From Bacteriovoracaceae bacterium (GTDB lineage Bacteria > Bdellovibrionota > Bacteriovoracia > Bacteriovoracales > Bacteriovoracaceae), in contig JABIHA010000075.1 in assembly GCA_018649885.1 (NCBI GenBank), positions 62,001 through 88,344 on the forward strand: a stretch of DNA of 26,344 bases. The letters run 5' to 3'. Under the pieces are notes generated by a model, which was given only the letters and a program-made list of their open reading frames with translations, searched no databases and was not told where the DNA came from. The position numbers and the translations under genes are program-made. This document shows, in pieces, positions 8,926-17,011 of the stretch; positions within the stretch are counted from its first letter, which is position 1; each line of letters begins with the position of its first letter.

Positions 8926-10686
8926 TTACCGCTTTGCTAAGCTTCTCATGTTGATAATTTGATCAGCGTACTTAATTATTCCAGGCCGATGCGAAACAAT
9001 AATTGTAGTAGAATTGCCTTTGAATTGCCGGATGGCATCAGCAATATTGTCTTCAGTTTGCACGTCTAAGTTGGCAGAAATTTCATCGAGTATCAAAAGT
9101 GTAGGATCCCTTAAAATTGCTCTCGCAATGGACACCCTTTGCTTTTGCCCTGTGGAAAGCTCACTAGCAGCTTCGCTTAACTGAAAAGCCAGACCTTGCG
9201 GTTTTTCATGATACCAACTACTTAAACCAACCTTATCAAGAATTTCTTCTATTTTTTTATCCTCAATGCTAATGCTATTTCCGTAGAGTAAATTCTCCCT
9301 AAGAGAGCCTTCCACTAAAAATGGATCAGGCCCAACGTAGCCAATACTCTTTGAGTGCTCTAGTAAATACTGACTAGGACCAAGGCCATCAATTTTCACA
9401 CTCCCTGCAGCAGGCTTTAACATCCCCATCAGTAGTGCCAAAAGTGTCGATTTTCCGGAGCCGCTCTCTCCTACAATTGCCAGCTGCATTCCGCCATCCA
9501 CTGTGAAATTAACATCCTTGATTAGATGTGGATTCGTTTCATCATACTTGAAACCCAGACTTTCAATTTTTAAAATGGGTGGTTTAGAAATATCTTTTGG
9601 AGCGGTGATAGAGCTCTTTGAATCAGCTTCTACTTTGTCAGTACCCAGACCTCCAGTAGGTGTTGGTGAGAATATCCGGACTCTATTGTTAGCAAGTGTG
9701 TACGGTTTAACTTTCTCTTTAGGTATTTGGCCAAAAAATTCCCAAGCAAGTTTGAAGTGGGGATAATGAATATTTGCGATTCCAAAAAAATTGGAAATTT
9801 GTCCCAAGAGTTGAACAAATCGCATAAAGAGATAGAGGTAGGAGAGAAATAGAGCATTTTCAATGAGATGATTTTGTTTATGGAAAAGTAAAAAAATCAC
9901 CACAAGAATAATCCCCAGAGCAGAGGGAAGATTAACTGAGAGAAGTGACAAAACGTTAGCAAAAATATTTCTGGTAGTGTAATTAACCTGTAGCTCTTTG
10001 AAGCGTCCACTTTCAGTATTTTCAATTCCTAAAATTTTGATCAAAAACCAATTTTTCACAATTCTGACAACACTAGAGTGCAACTCACTATTAATGCCAG
10101 GTAGTGGAGCCACCATTACTTGAATCTTTTTTTGAATGAAAAAGACTACTGTGGCAGCAAATACTAGGTATACCAACCCTATTAGGGTGTAAGTAACGGA
10201 AGTGAGGAAAAGAAAAGTAAAAATACAAACCATTTGAATTGTTAACGGCAAGATATGTGCGAAAGAGTGAAAAAACAAAGCTGTTTTTCCAAATGTTTCT
10301 GCAAACATAGAATTTGTACTAGCAAGGGAAGTAAAGGATGAATTTGCGTACAAAATATTATTCATACAAAGTAGTTTCAAACGAGAAGCAAAAAGTTCAT
10401 TTGAAACAACAGCACTAAGGCCCGAAAACAAAAACATAACGGCCCGCAAAACCCCTAGTAGGGCAAGGACAAGTAGTCCTTTTGTTAAATCATTTACCTC
10501 AATATTCAAACCAAATGGCATCTGCACAGCTTGATCAGTAAGACCAAGAGCTCTAATGATCACCATAATATAGCCAGAAAAGATGATTTCAATACCTGCC
10601 AGAATCAACCCTGAAGACATGCCTATGACAAGCCACTTTAATGACCTAGTACCTGTAAATGTTGAAACCTTTTTTGCGAAGCTCAT
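8926..10686 (-). CDS. ABC exporter with fused TMD-NBD (PglK/MsbA/HepA-type, putative lipid-linked glycan flippase)
   Basis: N-terminal multi-TM domain, Walker A GESGSGKST, signature LSTGQKQR, Walker B LLILDE and H-switch SHR, in a glycan-locus context. Confidence 0.88.
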   Translation of the reverse strand: MSFAKKVSTFTGTRSLKWLVIGMSSGLILAGIEIIFSGYIMVIIRALGLTDQAVQMPFGLNIEVNDLTKGLLVLALLGVLRAVMFLFSGLSAVVSNELFASRLKLLCMNNILYANSSFTSLASTNSMFAETFGKTALFFHSFAHILPLTIQMVCIFTFLFLTSVTYTLIGLVYLVFAATVVFFIQKKIQVMVAPLPGINSELHSSVVRIVKNWFLIKILGIENTESGRFKELQVNYTTRNIFANVLSLLSVNLPSALGIILVVIFLLFHKQNHLIENALFLSYLYLFMRFVQLLGQISNFFGIANIHYPHFKLAWEFFGQIPKEKVKPYTLANNRVRIFSPTPTGGLGTDKVEADSKSSITAPKDISKPPILKIESLGFKYDETNPHLIKDVNFTVDGGMQLAIVGESGSGKSTLLALLMGMLKPAAGSVKIDGLGPSQYLLEHSKSIGYVGPDPFLVEGSLRENLLYGNSISIEDKKIEEILDKVGLSSWYHEKPQGLAFQLSEAASELSTGQKQRVSIARAILRDPTLLILDEISANLDVQTEDNIADAIRQFKGNSTTIIVSHRPGIIKYADQIINMRSLAKR

Positions 10687-12002
10687 ATAATTTGTTGGGT
10701 ACCCTTAAGCTGACTATCGTTAACTCTACTATACTTTGTGACCATCACCAATATTGAAAGTACTACCCAAAATCCAGGGGTCTCAAATGTTGCGCCAAAT
10801 ATGCCCATGATACAATTGTAGAAAATAAATAGTAACCACACTAGTGAAATTAAATCTTTTTTATCTCTGAAAGAAATTTCAAACTTTCTAACATAGTAGC
10901 CTATTAACAGCCCGATAAAAACAACTCCAATATCTCCAAAATCCCAGTATGGTGATGAAATCATAGTATAAAAAGAATTGTGGGTATAAAACCAATGATG
11001 TGTGGGGAGTTTATCACCTGTTACGATCTTATAGCTTTGATAAAACAGGTTTAGGTGAGTTGGCGAAGAGAACATTTTCTCACCCAGTCCTCTGAGAAAA
11101 ATCGTATAAAGATAATCGAGACCACCAAGTGTCATCCGTCCAAAGCTTGGATCATTTGTGATGAAAAAATTGTCATTTTCCATCATTTTGGAAAATAGAG
11201 TGAACCCTACGGTATGGTAATTGAAAACTGCCCTAAAAAAGCTATTATTTCTTGCAAGAGATATAAGATAGAAAGCAGGTACACTGAGTGCACCACCTAA
11301 CGCAATTCTAACCACATGCTTTTTAGTTAGTTTTAAAAATTCAGGAAAACAAAAGACCAAGTAAAGGCCACAAACACCAAGTGAATATAGTGGACCTCTT
11401 GATAATTTGAATGCCGTCTCAATTACGACTAGTAATATCAATAAAACCATTGGAAGCTTCTTTTTGAGAAGTACCAACTGGGCCATGGAAGAAATTAAAA
11501 GAAAATGGAAACAAACCCCACTCAATATAAAATAAAGGGCTGAAAATATTTTTGAAGAAAACCAAAGATTACCATTTTTCCCAATTTGGAAAAAACGAAT
11601 CCTTATGTGCATTAAGTCCACACCTTCGTTCATAAAAATGACAATCGTTTTATAAAGTAAAAATAAGGATACAAGTATAACTGGCACTACCAATGTGTAC
11701 CCAATAAGATTCAACAATCTTGAGGCATTACCATTTTCAACACTGATACTAGTGCTACTAGCTCCTTTCGATTGAAAACAAAAACTTCCCACAACCATGC
11801 TTGCTCCAAATAAAAGTGCTAGGAATTCTACATTCGTGTTGGGAAAGGCCACCGACCCCAAATCTAAGACTGAGATGAAGCTCCATCCAAGCCACCAAAC
11901 CAGAATCAAGCTCAAGGTATTAAAGAAGCTATTATATATTCTGGCGCTCAAAATAATTAAAAGCAGTGAGCATGAGAGAAATATCAATAGATGCCAAATC
12001 AT
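10683..12002 (-). CDS. wzy: O-antigen/oligosaccharide repeat-unit polymerase (Wzy-like)
   Basis: About 11 TM segments, SRG motif and the C-terminal N.FYT....PYWDFG.IG motif seen in Wzy-type polymerases. ATGA overlap with the ABC gene. Confidence 0.7.
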   Translation of the reverse strand: MIWHLLIFLSCSLLLIILSARIYNSFFNTLSLILVWWLGWSFISVLDLGSVAFPNTNVEFLALLFGASMVVGSFCFQSKGASSTSISVENGNASRLLNLIGYTLVVPVILVSLFLLYKTIVIFMNEGVDLMHIRIRFFQIGKNGNLWFSSKIFSALYFILSGVCFHFLLISSMAQLVLLKKKLPMVLLILLVVIETAFKLSRGPLYSLGVCGLYLVFCFPEFLKLTKKHVVRIALGGALSVPAFYLISLARNNSFFRAVFNYHTVGFTLFSKMMENDNFFITNDPSFGRMTLGGLDYLYTIFLRGLGEKMFSSPTHLNLFYQSYKIVTGDKLPTHHWFYTHNSFYTMISSPYWDFGDIGVVFIGLLIGYYVRKFEISFRDKKDLISLVWLLFIFYNCIMGIFGATFETPGFWVVLSILVMVTKYSRVNDSQLKGTQQII

Positions 12003-12153
12003 TTAAGAGGACCCATTTTTATCAAAAACTATGGTTACATGCCTTTCAGAGTATAAAACTTAACATATTTCGTCATTTTTTTTGAATTGCCATTGCATTG
12101 CAGCTCCCAAGAGCTCTCTTGAAGTCTTAACTCAAATAGGCATAATGAGAATA

Positions 12154-12726
12154 ATGAAAAATAAAAAGCTACTATCCATAATGGTTTTGACCATTTTTTA
12201 TTTTACAACCTCTGTGGTTTTTTTAAACAGAATAACTCAAAATCTCGAACTAGAGATCCAAACAGATAAAGAGTTGATAGACAGACCTGTGTGGGCAAAA
12301 CACAAAGTGGTAGAATATCTCCAAACCTATTTCGATGCCCATCCAACCCTAAAATTAAATCGTCTCTTTGTGGCAACGCATGTGGAATTTGGGAATAAAA
12401 ATTGGCTCATTGCCAATATTAGACTCTCGCTTACAAATAGAAGTTTTTCATCATTTTTTGATAATTCACCTCAAATCTTCTTAGAGTCAGAAAGCGCTAT
12501 AAAGAAATCTTACCGCAGTATTTTATCAAAAAGAGAAGATGGTTCTAAAAAAGCAATCAACTTCTTATCGAGAAAAAGTAGCTACTACTTTGATAATTTA
12601 GCTTGGTCTATTTTAAAACTTATCATTTATTCATTGATATTTTCAATAGTAACCATTTCAATCTTTTCAAAACCCACTGAACTTGAGTTTAATATACTAA
12701 AAAAATTAAAATTAATTAGAAACTAA
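12154..12726 (+). CDS. Hypothetical membrane protein with N- and C-terminal TM helices (Wzz-like topology)
   Basis: ORF 12082..12726. The likely start is ATG 12154 (MKNKKLLSIMVLTIFYF) or ATG 12145. Hydrophobic stretches at both ends flank a soluble region of about 130 aa. Confidence 0.6.
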   Translation: MKNKKLLSIMVLTIFYFTTSVVFLNRITQNLELEIQTDKELIDRPVWAKHKVVEYLQTYFDAHPTLKLNRLFVATHVEFGNKNWLIANIRLSLTNRSFSSFFDNSPQIFLESESAIKKSYRSILSKREDGSKKAINFLSRKSSYYFDNLAWSILKLIIYSLIFSIVTISIFSKPTELEFNILKKLKLIRN

Positions 12727-15434
12727 CGGCCAATATTTCTCAAACGCCAAATACTTCTTAAGCCTTTAAAAATACCAGGGGGGAGGGACTTATTTAAAAA
12801 TACTGAAATCTCTGGAATTGAGTAGAAATGATCCCTCTTAAAAATTCTTTGGAATACCTTCTTACGAACTAGAAATTCTGTCTTGAGAAAAAAGTTATCA
12901 AATACAGATGATTTTTTGAGCCGAGTTGTAATTTCCCCCGCACTAAAATACTTTCTATTAATAGCAGTAGTTTTACAATCACATAAAAATCTATGCCAAG
13001 AAGTTTTGGTTTGGTCGACTGTATAGGCATACTCTAAAATTGTCTCACGTGGAGAAAATTGAAAATCTTTTAGCCTTTCAACCCCGGCTTCAAAATCAGG
13101 GCCAAAAATACCAAGACGTACGAGTTTGTCTTCAGGAATATCTTTAAAGATCCCCACCCTATTCATCACAACAGGAAGACCACAAAGCGCTGCTTCTATG
13201 GCAGCTAAGCATTGGGTTTCAACAGTTGATCCCAAAATAAAAAAATCAGCACAATTTAAAAGCTCACAAAGTGTCTCTTGATCAACCTTGTTAAACTGAG
13301 ACACATTTTCGTGAGAATACTTACAATCATATTTGGAAACAATAATCCATTTATGATCACTCAACTTATCTATGACTGCCATTACTGAAGGCCATCCCTT
13401 CACGCTATCAAGGGCGCCAACAAAGATTCCTACCTTTGCATCTGAATCAATTTTCCACTTTTGTCTTAACCTATTTTTATCCATTGGCCTAAAAAGTTTG
13501 TGATTAACCCCAACAGGAATCACCTCAAATGGATACTCTGGATATGAAGAGGCAGTGCCAATAGAATTGGTTACCCAAGCGTTCGCCATTTTTAAATTCT
13601 TTTCTTGAATATAAGATGGGTTACTCATACCTCTCAAATTATCTTGCAAAAATGCGACAGTATATTTTCCGTCCCCCATATAATCGACAAAAGAGGCATT
13701 TTGAAGCACAACCTTTACAGCTGGCAAGTTGTCATCAATATATTTTTTGAAATGAGGTCCACTTTCCCCGCCTGCTTTTTCAAAATCTAAACCAAAAGTT
13801 CCAGGGAGTGTAAGCAGATGGTCCCAAAGAACTTCCTCGCCCATTTGACCTGTAACGATATCATTACAAATAACAACTTCTGCATCAGCATCCTTCATAG
13901 ATGAATACTGCTCACTTCTTTTTTCACCTTCTTGAAAGTGGTAGACAATACTATCGAAACTCGTTTGATGGTAAATACCGTGACTACCGAGTTTTTCAAT
14001 AAAAGCGGTATCTCCAGATATTAAGTCATCTCCTGGATTTGATATCACTGGATTAAAGACATCACTACCCTTTACCACATTGCCTTCGGGATAACCTGAA
14101 ACAAGGTCAAAGTGATCTTTTCTCATTAGAAGCGGCATGTAAAGGCCACCTTCCATCACTTTATCTTCTTGGAGCTCTCCTGCGTATGCAATAAAATCAT
14201 TTTCTCTATAGTCAGAGAAATCATCACCAAATCTTTTGGCAATTCCATATCTACCAGGCGTTAGCTTTCCATGTTCTACCAATCTTGATGAAATACAGTT
14301 CTTTCCATCATAGGCCTTATAGAGATTTTCGAGCCAACCCGGACTAAATGCCATATCAGAGTTTATTAAAACCACAAAATCGCCTTTAGATTTTTTCACT
14401 CCGTGGTTATAACCTCGGTAAACATTATTCATATAATATTCTTCTCTTTGCTCAGGAGTGTGATCGAGGACATAGTGAGGAATAAAGTGAGAGACCAAGT
14501 ATTGTTTAACATCATCATTTGCGCCATTGGCGACAAAGAAAAATTCGCTCTCTGATAAGTCTGTATTTTTAAAAACGCTTTCATAAACAAACTCAAGCCA
14601 TCTAACATCCTTGTAAATTAAACAAACAATGGAAAACTTAGGTTTATTTACCTTGGGGCGATTTTCAATACTTCTAGCAATATACTCTTCCATTTTAAGA
14701 GGAGTGGGCATAAGCTCTTCAACTTGATAAGCAGTAGGCAAATTCTCATGAGAGATTCTTTCAAACTTAACCTTTGATTCATCAATCATTCGAGTTAGTG
14801 CAAAGCCAGTTTGCCCATATTTTTGGTAGGTGATAAATTTTCTAACGATTCTATCAATATTAGAAAATCCAGTATGTAATATTTTAAAAGTAGGATCTTT
14901 TATTGTGGCCTTTATATATTCAGGATGAAGCAATTGATGAAGAGTACCTTTGTCATTTGGAAAAGGCTCCTGTCCACTTCTATGCTCCCACAGCTTCACT
15001 GGCTGGTATTCATCAAAGAGTGAATCGACTCTCTTCCAAGTTTTACTTCGCCACAAATTAATAAAATCAACTTGAATGCCTTCGTAAACACTTTCCTTTA
15101 AAGTTCTACAATGCTTTTGAAGTTGCTCTCTTGTCAAAAGAAGAATCTCATCAGCATCTAAACTCAAAATAAAATCAGGTTTTAACTTATCAGCATATTG
15201 AATTAATTGAGTCTTATGATTAACCTCACTCGAGAAGCAATTCTTTGTGCCTCTGATTACATGAGGTGTTTTTTCCTGACAATACTCCCAACTTCCATCA
15301 GTACTACCATCGTCGTAAATAACAAAGTCATCTACTAACTTGGATGCATTTTCAAAAAACTCAGGCAAATGAGCTGTATCAAGCTCATTATAAACTTGAA
15401 CAATGCAAACAATTTTGAAGTTTTCAGATGCCAT
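12723..15434 (-). CDS. Three-domain glycosyltransferase (GT-A/GT2-like + GT-A/GT2-like + GT-B/GT4)
   Basis: Domain 1: VQVYNE, YDDGSTDG, LDADE. Domain 2: FSIVCLIY, FVANG, LINSDM, YHF. Domain 3: FVGALDSVKG and EX7E (ETQCLAAIE). Confidence 0.85.
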   Translation of the reverse strand: MASENFKIVCIVQVYNELDTAHLPEFFENASKLVDDFVIYDDGSTDGSWEYCQEKTPHVIRGTKNCFSSEVNHKTQLIQYADKLKPDFILSLDADEILLLTREQLQKHCRTLKESVYEGIQVDFINLWRSKTWKRVDSLFDEYQPVKLWEHRSGQEPFPNDKGTLHQLLHPEYIKATIKDPTFKILHTGFSNIDRIVRKFITYQKYGQTGFALTRMIDESKVKFERISHENLPTAYQVEELMPTPLKMEEYIARSIENRPKVNKPKFSIVCLIYKDVRWLEFVYESVFKNTDLSESEFFFVANGANDDVKQYLVSHFIPHYVLDHTPEQREEYYMNNVYRGYNHGVKKSKGDFVVLINSDMAFSPGWLENLYKAYDGKNCISSRLVEHGKLTPGRYGIAKRFGDDFSDYRENDFIAYAGELQEDKVMEGGLYMPLLMRKDHFDLVSGYPEGNVVKGSDVFNPVISNPGDDLISGDTAFIEKLGSHGIYHQTSFDSIVYHFQEGEKRSEQYSSMKDADAEVVICNDIVTGQMGEEVLWDHLLTLPGTFGLDFEKAGGESGPHFKKYIDDNLPAVKVVLQNASFVDYMGDGKYTVAFLQDNLRGMSNPSYIQEKNLKMANAWVTNSIGTASSYPEYPFEVIPVGVNHKLFRPMDKNRLRQKWKIDSDAKVGIFVGALDSVKGWPSVMAVIDKLSDHKWIIVSKYDCKYSHENVSQFNKVDQETLCELLNCADFFILGSTVETQCLAAIEAALCGLPVVMNRVGIFKDIPEDKLVRLGIFGPDFEAGVERLKDFQFSPRETILEYAYTVDQTKTSWHRFLCDCKTTAINRKYFSAGEITTRLKKSSVFDNFFLKTEFLVRKKVFQRIFKRDHFYSIPEISVFLNKSLPPGIFKGLRSIWRLRNIGR

Positions 15435-15460
15435 CTACCAACCAGATTGAGTGAATGAGT

Positions 15461-15489
15461 AGTATACTGATTTCTCTCCACATTATCCA
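15461..15489 (-). promoter_or_regulatory. Candidate sigma70 promoter for the 903-aa glycosyltransferase
   Basis: TGGATA-17 nt-TATACT on the minus strand, ending 26 nt before ATG 15434. Confidence 0.35.
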
Positions 15490-15689
15490 GAATGCTGCTC
15501 GTTAGTCTGCATTTTTATATGCTCTCTAAGCTTGAACATGCCTAGCAGCGCACCTCGAAGGTGCAGCAACACTTTACCAAGGCGGGCAACATTTCAGTGT
15601 AAACTATAACGACTGTGTGCAGAGAAACAACAGGAACTAGGGGGCCAATTGCAGACCCTTGTGGCTTTCTTGGATCCCACATAGGTAAA

Positions 15690-16835
15690 TTAACTTAGAA
15701 AAGATTTAACTTTGGAAACTTTTTCTTTGTGCTTATTTCTTATAAGTTGCATTTGTAGGGGTATTTTAGAAAAGACACTGTAAAATTGGCGAGAATAATT
15801 TTCTCCCTCTAAACAGTTATTACAATTTTTAAACAAAGGTCTTCTGGTCTCATTCATGATGACACCAGAATACAATTTAGATTGAAGTTGATTATCTTTC
15901 CAAAGCCCAATAAAGCCACTGTGCTTAATATTTCCCATGGGTTTTCCGTCACAATAAGTTGATATTCGGTAGTCGCCATTACTTTCAATATAGCCACCAT
16001 AAAGGCCTGCAAAACAAGGCAGCAACTCATTTCTCTCCTGGAAAGTTGAGGCATCAGAGGTAAAGCTTTGTCTTGCATACTCTAGGGTTTTCAATAAATT
16101 ATTAGAAAGATTCCCCTGAGTAAACCTTTCCTCTATTTCAGATAGAACTTTATTAATATGTCCAAATTCTAATTTTTTTGAGGCAATTTCTTTGTAACCA
16201 ACATATACAGGTCTAATGGCCACAAATATGTCATTTTTCTCAACGTAATCTAGTACTTCCGAAAACTCAGCATAATTGTCTGTAGTCATCACATAGTTAA
16301 TTTGGATTTTCTTTTTAACACCAGGAATTTTTGCCAATCGGTCTAAATTTTTCATGATTTTTGGAAGCTGAGTAGCTCCTTTGTAATCATGAATCACCTG
16401 ATGAGTTACATTATTAAAAGAATTAATACTGATAGTAATTTTATGAAGCTTTGAAAATGTAGAGTCCGGGAGTCTCTCAACGAGTGTACCATTGGTGACG
16501 ATTAATACTTTCACACCCGCTTGGTGTAAAAAATCTACAATTGGCGTCAGTCTTGGGTCAGCTGTAGGCTCACCATTTCCGGCCAACCTTACTTCTTCAA
16601 TTTTTAACTTTTTAATATCAGATAAAAGCTTCCACAACATTTCATCTGGCATCTTAAAAGAAGTGTGCTCCACAGGAATTAAATTTGAATGTTCAGCACA
16701 AAAATAACATTTATGGGTACACGCTGAAGTAGTAGCTACTTCAAGCATGATGGGACCTTTATTACAGTCCGTATTAAAATTAACGGTCTTCATCAATGAA
16801 ATACCGCGCTTTATATTTTCCAAGTTTAGATTCAA
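15690..16835 (-). CDS. Radical SAM protein with C-terminal SPASM/Twitch-like domain
   Basis: CxxxCxxC (CTHKCYFC), GNGEPT, VTNG and ISINS; C-terminal PCF...IESNGD...C...GNI...LW...CNNC. Likely start is TTG 16835, 8 nt after AAGGAAG (track start 16898). Confidence 0.88.
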   Translation of the reverse strand: MNLNLENIKRGISLMKTVNFNTDCNKGPIMLEVATTSACTHKCYFCAEHSNLIPVEHTSFKMPDEMLWKLLSDIKKLKIEEVRLAGNGEPTADPRLTPIVDFLHQAGVKVLIVTNGTLVERLPDSTFSKLHKITISINSFNNVTHQVIHDYKGATQLPKIMKNLDRLAKIPGVKKKIQINYVMTTDNYAEFSEVLDYVEKNDIFVAIRPVYVGYKEIASKKLEFGHINKVLSEIEERFTQGNLSNNLLKTLEYARQSFTSDASTFQERNELLPCFAGLYGGYIESNGDYRISTYCDGKPMGNIKHSGFIGLWKDNQLQSKLYSGVIMNETRRPLFKNCNNCLEGENYSRQFYSVFSKIPLQMQLIRNKHKEKVSKVKSFLS

Positions 16836-16874
16836 AACTCGAGCTTCCTTATTTCTGAGAATAATCAAAGAATA

Positions 16875-16903
16875 ATAGTAATTTAATAAGCACAGCATTC
16901 CAA
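16875..16903 (-). promoter_or_regulatory. Candidate sigma70 promoter for the radical SAM gene
   Basis: TTGGAA-17 nt-TACTAT on the minus strand, upstream of the SD and TTG 16835. Confidence 0.3.
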
Positions 16904-17011
16904 GTAAGGACTTGAAATTAAAGAAAATTTTAAGTTGTGCAATATGTAAAATGTTGTAATAAGTTGAATTTATTTAAATAGTCATGTCTTCTAGTACGCC
17001 ACGCCGGGTTA

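Noticed and set aside
15550..15564. Hairpin as an intrinsic terminator
   Set aside because: No U-tract on either side and about 125 nt from the nearest upstream stop; kept only as part of the intergenic finding.
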